From contig OY769902.1 of NCBI GenBank assembly GCA_963669175.1, positions 4,864,001 through 4,928,000 on the forward strand: DNA of 64,000 bases, read 5' to 3'. The notes below the pieces were generated by a model that searched no databases, was not told the DNA's origin, and saw only the letters and a list, made by a program, of their open reading frames with translations. Shown here piece by piece: positions 1-10,293 of this stretch (position 1 is its first letter; the number at the start of each line of letters is the position of its first letter). This DNA comes from a bacterium. Lineage in GTDB: Bacteria > Electryoneota > Electryoneia > Electryoneales > Electryoneaceae. A program made the position numbers and the translations under genes.

Positions 1-754
1 GATTCATCGAAATCGCAACCAGGTACTCATCCGCGACCAGCTCCTGATCCGGTCGCGGTGAAAGCACCATGAATCCCTTTGCCTGCGTACCTGTCGCCAC
101 AAGCTGGTTGGGTTTCATGAACTGCGATTCTATCTGCTTCTCACTCAAGTCAACATCCAAAGGCTGGATTTGTGACACAGAAGCGATCAGCGAATCGATG
201 TATGCTTGCGAGATTCCCGGTGCGACCATGGCAATCTCGGGTTCCGGCTCGGGTTCCGGTTCTTTCCTGGTGACCGGTTGGGGTCTTGGTTTGGGGCGTA
301 CGGGCTGCTCAGCGACTCGTTTCGGCTTTGCTTCAACCGGCTTTTCCTGTATGGTCACTTTTGCCGGTGACAACGACGGGTTTTCAGCAGGCACTGAAAT
401 GGTTTTCCCACTTGCCAGCTTCCCGACGATATAGTACTCCAGCGCCCCTGCCTGCGACGAATCCGTTGGGATCGAGGCTTCATAGACTCCATCCTTCTCG
501 CTGAAGGACATGGAAGCATAGTCAGCCTCGCCCGCTTTCCGATAGAACAACTCCAGCGAAACTACCTTATCATCAGCCTTTTCGCTAAGTTGGTCTACGG
601 ACACACGGATAGTGACCGGCAGTCCCGCTGTGGTAGTCGAAACAGGTTCGATATCCAGCTTCGCCGATGGTCCCGCCTGTTTCTTCGAACAGGACAGACA
701 GGCAACCAGCATCAGTGCTGCTGCCAGAAGCAGCATGTAGCGTAACGACTTCAC
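1..754 (-). CDS. Putative lipoprotein with Pro/Lys/Glu-rich linker (runs off the window edge)
   Basis: Hand-translated, not in the ORF track. GTG at 754 after a GGGGAG RBS gives MKSLRYMLLLAAALMLVACLSCSKKQ... (hydrophobic leader plus Cys). The frame is open to position 1 and contains a KPRPQPVTRKEPEPEPEPE linker. Confidence 0.7.
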   Translation of the reverse strand, partial: MKSLRYMLLLAAALMLVACLSCSKKQAGPSAKLDIEPVSTTTAGLPVTIRVSVDQLSEKADDKVVSLELFYRKAGEADYASMSFSEKDGVYEASIPTDSSQAGALEYYIVGKLASGKTISVPAENPSLSPAKVTIQEKPVEAKPKRVAEQPVRPKPRPQPVTRKEPEPEPEPEIAMVAPGISQAYIDSLIASVSQIQPLDVDLSEKQIESQFMKPNQLVATGTQAKGFMVLSPRPDQELVADEYLVAISMN

Positions 755-869
755 GATACGCTCCCCATTGGTTTTACCCCTCCCCAACAAGCCGGTCCCT
801 CAACCAGCCTGGAACAACAAAGTTCCTATACAACTCGTGCTGCGTTTTTTAATCGGATAGCGTCATCCA

Positions 870-1574
870 CTATTCTTCTCCGCCTGCATCCTGGTAATTG
901 ATGATCAGTGTCCGCACGTTTCCTTCTTCATCTGTATACTCGATTTCTATGGTCTTCGGCATCGCTTCATTGATGAATTGCGGCAGGTTCTCCGCAGTAT
1001 ACCCACCCACTCCAACATCACCATCAGCGCCCGATGTGCCACGCTGTCCCTGGCCGACATCCATATTCAGGCCGCTCAACAGGTTCATCAGGTCAACGAT
1101 ACCTTCCAGAGTCAGAACATCCGTAGTGCCATCCGCATTCACCATCACCCAGAACTGTGTGCCTTTCACAGCAGCGACAGAGGTTGGCGTTGCCACTTCC
1201 ATGCTTCCCTTCTGTTGGGAAACATTGGTAAACAGCTCACCCACTTCCATGGAAACACGTTTGTTCAGGGAATAGTCATCGTTTCTTTGGGCAGTAACAA
1301 CAATGTCACTGTTCGGACGGATTTTCAGTTCGGTACGATCATCGGTAAACACAAGTGCAATAAAGCCTTCCGTACCTGTTCTCAGCTTGTCGCCATCGTC
1401 GAGCACCAACCCGAAAGAGAGTGGTTTCCAGTTCTGGCCAGCTTTCTGATACTCGGCTTCACCCTGGACCATAGTCACCACTGCGATGGTCTTTGCGTTT
1501 TCTGCAAACGCGAATGAGCCGAACAGAATCAGCCCACACAAAGTCCAAAGGAATACACTTTTTGCAATGTTCAT
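870..1574 (-). CDS. FecR-domain secreted protein
   Basis: Signal peptide; FecR-type motifs GDKLRTG..GFIALVFTD and EVATPTSVAAVKGTQFWV. Confidence 0.85.
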   Translation of the reverse strand: MNIAKSVFLWTLCGLILFGSFAFAENAKTIAVVTMVQGEAEYQKAGQNWKPLSFGLVLDDGDKLRTGTEGFIALVFTDDRTELKIRPNSDIVVTAQRNDDYSLNKRVSMEVGELFTNVSQQKGSMEVATPTSVAAVKGTQFWVMVNADGTTDVLTLEGIVDLMNLLSGLNMDVGQGQRGTSGADGDVGVGGYTAENLPQFINEAMPKTIEIEYTDEEGNVRTLIINYQDAGGEE

Positions 1575-1654
1575 GACTCTACCTCTTCCGTGAACCGATT
1601 CTACGGTTCATCTCCCGTGGACAAGCCCCCTCAATACCTTGCCCCGACATCCTT

Positions 1655-3208
1655 CTATTCATCACCAGCGACAAGCACTGTGATCACTTCAAATCCCTCC
1701 TGGCGCACCAGGTTTGAAAGGTCGGATATGGAATAACCAGCCTGGTCATCAATCCTGATTGTCCCCGGACTGAAGCCTGACAACTGCTCCATAACAGATT
1801 CATATTGACCGGATGTCAGGATGGATTGCAGCAAAGCGGCAACCTGCTGAGCGTTCTGATCCCCTCCGCCTCCGGGTTCATTGTCCGGTGACGGTTCATT
1901 TCCGGGACCATTATCCTCCTGACGGTTGAAATAGAAGCTTGCAGCATCAGAAACGTATTCTGTCTGCGTTTCCGGATCCATCATACCGACCTGCCAATAA
2001 TACCAGATGCCACTGCGAAGTGCGGTATTACCGGTTTCGTTATACATGTAACTGCCCACAACAACCGGACTGGTATTGACCAGGGTATTGCCGGGGCCGG
2101 CGCCCTCGATAGCCGCGAGCGCATCATCCGATTCTTCACTTCCCTCTACCAGTTTGATCCACCAGTTTTCGGCGCTGATATCATCCCCGTTCCAATTCCA
2201 ACTGAAACCAACAGGCGCATCTTCAACAGTGCTGCCATCCATCGGGCTTGAAAGCGTAATCGCCCAGTCCTCAGCTTGCCCACCTTCCATCTGGAATGCG
2301 AAGATTTCACTCGCGTATTCTTCTTCACCCCCAGGCACAATGGAAGGCACGTCCGCAAACACCTGCCAGTAATACCATTGTCCTTCTGTAAGCGGCTCTT
2401 CCTCTCCCGCCATACCGGTGTACAGGTGCATGGTAGTGGTGGTGGGTTGTCCTTCATAGCGCGTGTTCAACGAGGTGCGTGTCTCCATCACCGTTTCACC
2501 GTCAGAACCGGCCGGTCCCTCCGCAACAACAAGCGTCCAGTCGCTGGGCAGTGTGGCGCCGCCGCTCCAGTCCCAGGAGAATTCTACCGGAAGCTCAAGT
2601 CCCTGCTCAAAATGAGCTGGATTCTGAAGTTCCGGTGGCGTGGGGTTGTACACCTGGACAGTGTTGTTGAAGGTGGATAGAAGCGTGTTGGTTCGACTTT
2701 CATAGACCTGGAAACTGATTGTGAATGTGCTGGTGACAAGAAAGCCACCTTCAATCAGATCAAGCAGCTCATCTGTGGTAGAGTAGTAGGTCTGGTGCAG
2801 ATTGGTGTAAAACCAGTCAGACCCTTCTGAAAGCTCTGCGATTTCAAGGTTGGAGTATTGTCCGTTTCCATGAACACTGAACCAGTCGGAAAGTGTGAAC
2901 GGATACGAGACAAAATTGATCATTCGTTCTCCGCCAAGTTCGCCGGTAATGTGGATATAAACGCGTTTTGGACGGTCAACTGGGTCGGCAATGATCTGGA
3001 TATAGAAAAACTCTTCGATGGCGTCCAGCGATAATTCGCCTCCAGTTTCGAGGCTTTCCAGATCAATGAGCTGGCCTGCCGGAACCACGAGGAAGCGGTT
3101 CTGATAAAAACCGACTTCTGCAGTTACCGTACCAAAACTCCTGGCCGGCAAAATAATGACTGCCAGCAGCAACATTATGGATAGCTTGCACGTTCGATAC
3201 CTGCTCAT
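1655..3208 (-). CDS. Secreted protein with two tandem beta-sandwich (Fn3/Ig-like) repeats
   Basis: Signal peptide; duplicated unit PVxFSWxW...W...EG...L..G.WYYWQV. Confidence 0.7.
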   Translation of the reverse strand: MSRYRTCKLSIMLLLAVIILPARSFGTVTAEVGFYQNRFLVVPAGQLIDLESLETGGELSLDAIEEFFYIQIIADPVDRPKRVYIHITGELGGERMINFVSYPFTLSDWFSVHGNGQYSNLEIAELSEGSDWFYTNLHQTYYSTTDELLDLIEGGFLVTSTFTISFQVYESRTNTLLSTFNNTVQVYNPTPPELQNPAHFEQGLELPVEFSWDWSGGATLPSDWTLVVAEGPAGSDGETVMETRTSLNTRYEGQPTTTTMHLYTGMAGEEEPLTEGQWYYWQVFADVPSIVPGGEEEYASEIFAFQMEGGQAEDWAITLSSPMDGSTVEDAPVGFSWNWNGDDISAENWWIKLVEGSEESDDALAAIEGAGPGNTLVNTSPVVVGSYMYNETGNTALRSGIWYYWQVGMMDPETQTEYVSDAASFYFNRQEDNGPGNEPSPDNEPGGGGDQNAQQVAALLQSILTSGQYESVMEQLSGFSPGTIRIDDQAGYSISDLSNLVRQEGFEVITVLVAGDE

Positions 3209-3594
3209 ATCGAAACCTCGCTCTGGTTTAGCGTAAACATTGGAAGAGCTGCATGGTCAGCCATAGCTGTCTTCCGAGACGTAACGATCCCACCAGGGAT
3301 CTCATCCCCGAAAATCCGCACCAATGGCACAGCTTTCGAGAGGAAGTTTTGCGGTGGGAAACACAATTCTGGCAACCCGGACATCCCCAACCTCCCGCTG
3401 GGGTCCACCATCCCTCGCCGATACCTGAATTCTCCTGCCAATCGGGAGAATAAAACACCTGCCGCATTAATATAGTATAGAGCATACCCGTAGTTCCACG
3501 AGTGCGACCTCGCCGAAACACTTTTTTTCAGAAAAACATGAAAAATCGATAAGCCAAAGGCTAATCCGAGATAATGACTCCAGTTACTATTCAT
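3205..3594 (-). CDS. Hypothetical protein (doubtful)
   Basis: GAGGGGAGG RBS before the ATG and a 4-nt overlap with the downstream gene, but no recognisable motif. Confidence 0.25.
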   Translation of the reverse strand: MNSNWSHYLGLAFGLSIFHVFLKKSVSARSHSWNYGYALYYINAAGVLFSRLAGEFRYRRGMVDPSGRLGMSGLPELCFPPQNFLSKAVPLVRIFGDEIPGGIVTSRKTAMADHAALPMFTLNQSEVSI

Positions 3595-4343
3595 GACCTC
3601 CCCTCAGGCCGTAGTTGGAGTTTGACAATGGAACATAAGAACAAGAAAAACACAAAACTGTGAGCCCCGTCATTGAGGTACCTCACACATTTCGAATTAT
3701 GACACTACTCAACCATGCAACAATCCGTTAAATCTGCGAAAAATCACGGCTATATCAACTGATGACACAGGCTAATCAAGGCATCTTTTTCCCCATACAT
3801 CCACACCTTGCCGCCCAGAATCTTCACAATTCCTGCAAACCTTGTTCGATAGCTTTTTCTTTGAAACCACACACTGCTACATCACATAATTACAATATTT
3901 TACTCTCGTTTCGGCTTTTCAGAACCAGAAAATGCCAAACTTCTTTGTTATGATTCCTTTACATTTTCACAGAAATCCCTTTCGCCCCCCCCCAGAGAAT
4001 GGACTACCCGATAGCCCTTTATAAAAACAAAATCGGTATAGTTGAAACAGAATTTATCTACCTGTTATTTCAGGGTTTCACTCAACACACCCCACCACAC
4101 TATGATCGACAATTACTGACAGAAATATTCAGCAACTTTCATTTCCCAAACAAATCACATACTGATCCTCCCCTTCGAAACCCATAATCATGGCAATATT
4201 CACACCCGGCCTTTGAATATGCTCCTGGAGGAAACATGACTGTTGCTTCCGAGGTCAGACCTTCCGTACTCTTGCGGAAACGATTGCATCTATTTCGTTT
4301 ATTCGTTTTAGCGTTTTATCGTTTCACACGAAAGCCATGACTG

Positions 4344-5032
4344 ATGCGTGATCCACATGATTTTGTCGAGTATTCCGGTTTAACTCTCGCCCAATGGGAG
4401 AAGGCGCTTCCTTTTTTAACGGAAGCAGAAACGCTTTTTGTTCGGTACGGTTTCAAGAAGACGACCATCGAAGATATTTGTCGTGCAGTTGGCGCTTCGA
4501 AACGAACCTTCTATGAGCTGTTCGATAACAAGATTGATATTGCGATGAAGTTGGCGCTTCATGTGATCAGTCACATGACAAATTCTCGTGACGATGAAAT
4601 AGCCAGAACAGAATCAGCGGCAGAAGCGTTCTGTCTTAGGTTGATGCTTATTTCGAAGTCAGTCGTGAACATCCGTATTTCAAGGTTCTACTTACGGATC
4701 CCGATTTACTGACAGCCATGTCCTCTTTTTCAATCGAGTTTATGGATGTCCCGTATATCAAGCTGCTTCAGGAGATCCTTGTGCGTGGTGTAGACAACGG
4801 TGAGTTCAGGAAACTTGACCCGAATCATGTCAGCCTGATGATTGCCGGTATGTTGGACAGCCTGGTATTCGTTTTGCCCGAGTTCATGCACTTGCCGGGA
4901 CCGTTGGAAAATCAGGCTATGGAACGAGAGCTGCGTGAATTTTTACTTGCTGCGATTCTGAAACGCAGCGAAAGCGTTGAACAGAGAATCAACAGTCTTT
5001 GCAGGATTGGCGGACCTGAATTGAAGTCCTGA
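4344..5032 (+). pseudogene. TetR/AcrR regulator split by a frameshift near 4635-4640
   Basis: The HTH (EAETLFVRYGFKKTTIEDICRAVGASKRTFYELFDNK) is in one frame. After ~4640 another frame reads VDAYFEVSREHPYFKVLLTDPDLLTAMSSF... and continues into the C-terminal ORF 4718-5032 (RGVDNGEFRKLD). Confidence 0.8.
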
Positions 5033-5070
5033 CGGATGTAGTTTTTTGTTTTGATACCCTGGAGGAAAAC

Positions 5071-5829
5071 GTGAAAAGATACATGTTTTTAATACTGGCA
5101 TTGGCATTGACAATCAGCGCCTGCCCTTTGTTCGCCCAGCCTGATGCAAAAGAGATCATTCGCAGGGCGGATCAGCACATGCGTGGCGAAACCAATATCA
5201 CTGAAATGCACATGCAGGTTGTGCGCCCTGATTATACCCGTGAAATAGGCATGAAGAGCTGGCAGAAAGGCGCCAGCTATGCGTTGATCTACATAACCGA
5301 ACCGGCACGCGACAAAGGCACCACTTTTCTCAAACGTGGCAACGAGGTCTGGAACTATATCCCGTCCGTGGAAAAAGTGATCAAACTGCCCCCCTCCATG
5401 ATGATGCAGTCCTGGATGGGATCTGATTTTACCAACGATGACCTGGTTAAGGAATCCTCCATCGTCAACGATTACTCACACGAGCTTGTCGGTGAGGAAA
5501 CGATCGACGGCCGTGACTGCTGGGTTGTGTCCATGATTCCCAATCCTGATGCGGCGGTTGTATGGGGCAAGGTGAAAATGTGGGTGACCAAAGAACATGA
5601 CATGCAGCTCAAAATCGAGTTTTACGATGAAGACATGGAACTTGTAAATGTGATGAATGCGACTGACGTGAAGACCCTGGGGGGACGTATGCTGCCGACT
5701 CATTGGGAGATGGTGCCCCAGGATAAAGACGGCCACAAAACGATTATGATCTATAACAACGCTGAATTCAACACAAACTTGAATGATAATATTTTCACCG
5801 AACAGTACATGAAACGAGTAAGACCGTGA
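5071..5829 (+). CDS. Outer-membrane lipoprotein-sorting (LolA-like) protein
   Basis: Signal peptide; PARDKGTTFLK..WNYIPS..MMQSWMGSDFTNDDL motif; lies upstream of ABC permeases. Confidence 0.85.
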   Translation: MKRYMFLILALALTISACPLFAQPDAKEIIRRADQHMRGETNITEMHMQVVRPDYTREIGMKSWQKGASYALIYITEPARDKGTTFLKRGNEVWNYIPSVEKVIKLPPSMMMQSWMGSDFTNDDLVKESSIVNDYSHELVGEETIDGRDCWVVSMIPNPDAAVVWGKVKMWVTKEHDMQLKIEFYDEDMELVNVMNATDVKTLGGRMLPTHWEMVPQDKDGHKTIMIYNNAEFNTNLNDNIFTEQYMKRVRP

Positions 5830-5835
5830 TACTCA

Positions 5836-6020
5836 ATTAGGAATTAGGAATTAGGAATTAGGAATTGCTTTAATATTGTATATACACTATAGTACGTAAT
5901 ATGCTGTGAAAAATAACTATTTTACTTTAATATGACTTTAGTACTTTTCAACTTTGTAACTTTCAGACTTTGTAACTTTCAGACTTTTTTTCACTGATAT
6001 CATTTTTCATTTTTTCACTT
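5836..6020 (+). repeat. 7-/8-/9-bp tandem repeat ladder
   Basis: (AATTAGG)x4, then ACTTTGTA/ACTTTCAG octamers, then degenerate TTTTTTCAC-type nonamers. Confidence 0.8.
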
Positions 6021-6037
6021 ATACAGAAGAGCCCAAC

Positions 6038-7255
6038 ATGTACTTCAGTCTTGCATGGCGAAACATCTGGCGGAACAAGAAGCGGAGCTTCATCACGATA
6101 GCGTCTGTATTCTGCGCTGTGTTCTTTGCCTTGTTCATGCGATCGCTGCAAGTGGGTGTTTTTAAGAACACGGTGGAAAACATGACGTCCTTCTCTTGCG
6201 GCTACATCCAGGTTCATGCCGAAGGTTATCAGAAGCTGATGTCAATCAACAACACATTTGCCAACACACAGCAGGTGATCGAACAAGTTGAAACGCTGCC
6301 CTATGTAACTCATGCGGTCCCTCGTCTGGAATCGGCAGTCATTGCGGCGTCTGACGACAAATCGGAAGTCGCCCTGATTGTAGGAGTAGATCCGGAGCGT
6401 GAAAACCGGATGAACGGGCTTTCCGGTCGAGTTCGGTCCGGTAATTATTTCTCCCCGGAAAAGCAGGGCGTTTTAATTGGCGAAGGTTTGGCCGAGAATC
6501 TTGGCATCGGGATTGGCGATGAGGTTGTTCTGCTCGGGCAGGGCTACCACGGTGTAACTGCTGCCGGATCGTATACAATCATCGGTATCTTGAAATACCC
6601 GGTCCCTGAGATGAACAATCGTGCCATTGCGATGACAATTTCGGATGCTCAGGTCTTATTTGACGCTCCCGATCGTGCGACGAGCCTGTCGGTCATGCTT
6701 ACGGATGACAAATATACCGATAGAGGACGTTCGGAAATTGAGGTTATGCTTGGGGATACGTTTGAAGTTTTCACTTGGCGGACCACGCTGAAAGAGCTGG
6801 CGCAGATGGTGACTACCAAGTATGTGAGCTCGTGGATTATTCTGATGATCCTGTATATGGTTGTGGGTTTCGGGATCTTCGGTACTGTGCTTATGATGAC
6901 GCTGGAGCGTTTGCGTGAATATGGTATCCTGATCGCGATAGGGATGAAGAAACGCTTGCTGATGATCATTTCGGTCTGTGAAAGCATATTCCTGTCTTTG
7001 AGTGGCGTTGTCCTGGGAATCGCAGTCGCATTGCCGGCACTGGCCTGGTTGCATGTACACCCATTCCGGCTCAGCGGAGAATTGGCCGCAATGTATGAGG
7101 ATTTCGGCTTTGAACCGATTATCCCCTTCGATATTTCACCTTTACTATTCCTTGCGCACCCTATGATTGTTCTGGGGATATCGCTTGTAGTATCCATTTA
7201 CCCTGTAATTCGACTGGCATCTTTTAATCCTGTGGATGCCTTGAGGTCACATTGA
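6038..7255 (+). CDS. ABC transporter permease, LolE/FtsX/MacB family (1)
   Basis: LAWRNIWRNKKRS N-terminus, periplasmic domain, ERLREYGILIAIG motif, C-terminal TM helices. Confidence 0.92.
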   Translation: MYFSLAWRNIWRNKKRSFITIASVFCAVFFALFMRSLQVGVFKNTVENMTSFSCGYIQVHAEGYQKLMSINNTFANTQQVIEQVETLPYVTHAVPRLESAVIAASDDKSEVALIVGVDPERENRMNGLSGRVRSGNYFSPEKQGVLIGEGLAENLGIGIGDEVVLLGQGYHGVTAAGSYTIIGILKYPVPEMNNRAIAMTISDAQVLFDAPDRATSLSVMLTDDKYTDRGRSEIEVMLGDTFEVFTWRTTLKELAQMVTTKYVSSWIILMILYMVVGFGIFGTVLMMTLERLREYGILIAIGMKKRLLMIISVCESIFLSLSGVVLGIAVALPALAWLHVHPFRLSGELAAMYEDFGFEPIIPFDISPLLFLAHPMIVLGISLVVSIYPVIRLASFNPVDALRSH

Positions 7256-7262
7256 TCAGGTA

Positions 7263-8495
7263 GTGAGAATTTCCATGTACTTTACACTGGCATGGCGGAA
7301 CATCTGGCGGAACAAAAGACGAAGCTTCATCACGCTGGCATCGATATGTCTGGCAGTACTGTTATCCTTGTATATGCGTTCGATGCAACTGGGATTCTAC
7401 GCCAAATCTATTGATAACGCCGTCTCGTTTTTCACCGGATATATACAGGTCCACAAAGATGGGTACTGGGACAAGCAGACCATTGACCGTTCCTTTGGTG
7501 ATGTTTCTCAACTGACAGAGAAGGTTAGCCAGGTTGAACACGTGACCAATGTGGCCCCACGTATCGAATCCTTCACCCTGCTATCCGCCGGGGATAAAAC
7601 CGAGGGTGGCATGGTAATCGGGGTTCATCCTGACGCTGAAATAGCCATGTCCAGGATTGGTGAAAAGATATCCGTGGGCAGGTTTCTCAAAAATGATGAT
7701 ACCGGCATTGTCATCGGCGCGGGCCTCGCGAAGAACCTGCAAGTTTCAGTCGGCGATACTCTGGTTGTCCTGGGGCAGGGTTATCATGGTATAATGGCTG
7801 CCGACCGATTCCCCGTGCTGGGACTCATCGATTACCCGATGCCGGAATTGAACAACCGCATGGCCTATCTCACATTGCCCGTTGCTCAGAATCTGTATGG
7901 GGCGCCGGATCGTGCCACCTCGCTGGCGATCATGATCGAAAATGAGGATGTGCTTCATTCGATACATGCGGATTTGCGTGGTATGCTGGGCGATGCGTAT
8001 GAGGTCATGGACTGGCGTGAACTGATGCCGGAACTGGTGCAGGGAATTGAGACGGATAATGCCAGCGGGTTGATCATGCTGGGAATCGTTTACATGGTCA
8101 TCACGTTCGGCATCTTCGGGACTATCCTGATGATGACACTGGAACGCACACGTGAGTTCGGTATGCTCATGGCTGTTGGTATGCAACGGAGTAAGATGAT
8201 CCTGATGACTGTCATTGAAAGCCTGCTGTTATGCCTGATTGGGGTTGCTTCCGGCCTGCTGGGCGGTTGGCCGATAGTGTTCTATTTCCATCTGCACCCG
8301 ATCCCCCTGACCGGCGATACGGCACAGGCTGTGATTGAGTATGGTTTCGAACCAGTCATGCCCTTCTCACTGGACCCGATGCTGTTCGTCAACCAGGGAT
8401 TGGTAGTGATGACAATCGCACTGGTAGTATCCATGTATCCGGCGCTGAAACTTTCTCGATTGAATACAATTGAAGCAATGCGCGGAACGAATTAG
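7263..8495 (+). CDS. ABC transporter permease, LolE/FtsX/MacB family (2), paralogue of permease 1
   Basis: LAWRNIWRNKRRS and ERTREFGMLMAVG motifs. Confidence 0.92.
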   Translation: MRISMYFTLAWRNIWRNKRRSFITLASICLAVLLSLYMRSMQLGFYAKSIDNAVSFFTGYIQVHKDGYWDKQTIDRSFGDVSQLTEKVSQVEHVTNVAPRIESFTLLSAGDKTEGGMVIGVHPDAEIAMSRIGEKISVGRFLKNDDTGIVIGAGLAKNLQVSVGDTLVVLGQGYHGIMAADRFPVLGLIDYPMPELNNRMAYLTLPVAQNLYGAPDRATSLAIMIENEDVLHSIHADLRGMLGDAYEVMDWRELMPELVQGIETDNASGLIMLGIVYMVITFGIFGTILMMTLERTREFGMLMAVGMQRSKMILMTVIESLLLCLIGVASGLLGGWPIVFYFHLHPIPLTGDTAQAVIEYGFEPVMPFSLDPMLFVNQGLVVMTIALVVSMYPALKLSRLNTIEAMRGTN

Positions 8496-8725
8496 GAATT
8501 AGGAATTAGGAATTAGTAATTAGAAATTAGTAATTAGTAATTTTAGTCGCATTGGGAAGGTTATACTGCGCAATAGAAGTCTGATCGCATTGACAAATCA
8601 GCAACTTTACAACTTTGGAACTTTGTAACTATGACACTATGCAACAATGTCACTATGATACTTTACAGCTAAGGAACTTTATGGATCTTTTTCACTTTTT
8701 TCACTTTTTTCACTTTCTACTTCAA
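8490..8725 (+). repeat. 7-/8-/9-bp tandem repeat ladder
   Basis: AATTAG(G/T/A) x~7, then ~10 AACTTTAC-like octamers, then TCACTTTTT x3. Confidence 0.85.
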
Positions 8726-8735
8726 AGAGGCAACG

Positions 8736-9953
8736 ATGATTGCAGCAATAGCCTGGCGCAATGTCTGGCGCAACAAGAAACGAAGCGCGGTGATCCTGAC
8801 AGCGATTATTCTCGGGTTATGGGCCGGTTTATTCGCCAATGGGCTGATGTATGGCATGATACAGCAGATCATACAGAATGCTATTGGTGATCGTCTGGGA
8901 CATGTTCAGATTCATGCTCCCGGCTATCGTGATCACCCGGAAGTGACCAACGTGATCCCCAATTCTGCTGAAGCGCTGACCAGAACACGCCAGGAAGCAT
9001 CAGTTAAGGCCGCGTCCGGACGCATTATTCTCAATGGCATGGCCAGTTCTGCCAGCAATTCGCTTGGGGCACAACTGTTCGGTGTTGATCCATCAACGGA
9101 CACATCGGTTGTTGATCTGGAAGAACGTCTTGTCGAAGGCACATGGCTGAATGATTCCAAGCGGAATCCTATCGTCATCGGTCAGGCCATGGCAGAAAAA
9201 CTCGGGCTACGTGTCGGGAACAAAGTGATCTTTCAGGCCCAGGCGCTCAATGGTGATATCGCAGGGGGAGCGTTCCGTATTGTCGGCCTGTACAATACGG
9301 TCAATTCTGTCTTTGACAAGACCGCGATGTTCGCTCGCCAGTCCGATGTGGACCGTGTTTTCAGTATGGATGGCAACGTTCACCAGATCATCATTCTCGC
9401 TGACAATTTTGAGACCATTGATGCGACTGCGACAAGCTTGAAACAGGCATTCCCTGATCTGGATGTGGCAGGCTGGAAAGAAATCAGCCCGGAACTGGGG
9501 ATGTACAGCGACATGTCTGCCTATTACCTGATGATTTTCATTGTCATCATCCTGGTAGCGCTTGCCTTCAGCATCACCAACACCATGCTGATGGCTGTAG
9601 TTGAACGTATTCGTGAGTTTGGCGTGATCAAGGCGCTTGGTATGGGGCATGGAAAGATTTTCACCATGATTCTACTGGAAACGATCATGCTGACTCTACT
9701 GGGCTGCCTGGGCGGGATGGTTACCGGATGGGCTACAGTCGCTATCGTGAACAAGACCGGATTAAACCTGGCAGCTGTTTCCGATGGCCTCGAAGCGTTC
9801 GGTATGAGTACGGTCATTCGCCCGGAATTGCCCTTTAATACCTATCCACAGTTGATCGTCCTCACGTTTCTCACCGCCATTATCGCAGCGATCTATCCGG
9901 CGATCAAGGCGATCCGGCTGAACCCGGTGGAAGCGATTCGGACATATGGTTAA
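8736..9953 (+). CDS. ABC transporter permease, LolE/FtsX/MacB family (3)
   Basis: IAWRNVWRNKKRS and ERIREFGVIKALG motifs. Confidence 0.92.
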   Translation: MIAAIAWRNVWRNKKRSAVILTAIILGLWAGLFANGLMYGMIQQIIQNAIGDRLGHVQIHAPGYRDHPEVTNVIPNSAEALTRTRQEASVKAASGRIILNGMASSASNSLGAQLFGVDPSTDTSVVDLEERLVEGTWLNDSKRNPIVIGQAMAEKLGLRVGNKVIFQAQALNGDIAGGAFRIVGLYNTVNSVFDKTAMFARQSDVDRVFSMDGNVHQIIILADNFETIDATATSLKQAFPDLDVAGWKEISPELGMYSDMSAYYLMIFIVIILVALAFSITNTMLMAVVERIREFGVIKALGMGHGKIFTMILLETIMLTLLGCLGGMVTGWATVAIVNKTGLNLAAVSDGLEAFGMSTVIRPELPFNTYPQLIVLTFLTAIIAAIYPAIKAIRLNPVEAIRTYG

Positions 9954-10090
9954 GAAGTGAAAAAAGTAAAGAAATTAGCCCGGCCATGCCTGGCCGGGTA
10001 TGCTGGAATGAAGCTCATAGTTTTAAAGTTGAAAAGTTTAGAAAGTTCTAAAGTTATTGAATAATCATGTAGAAGGTGATAGTGGATAGA

Positions 10091-10180
10091 GTGAAAAATG
10101 GGACTGTTACCTTTTCATAGCAATAGAGGTCAAATATGGTAACAAGAGTTATTGAAAAGGTAACTGTACCAATTTTTCAC
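10091..10180. repeat. GGGACWG-family inverted-repeat doublet (REPIN/MITE-like)
   Basis: GTGAAAAATGGGACTGTTACCTTTTCA ... TGAAAAGGTAACTGTACCAATTTTTCAC. Confidence 0.8.
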
Positions 10181-10293
10181 TTATAGTTGACCATATCAAA
10201 TTTTTGATAGATGAAGACAAAACTTTGTTTAACAGAAACATTCATTCTCAACTCTTAATCTTTGAATTCTTAATTCCCTGAAAGGGTAGACGG

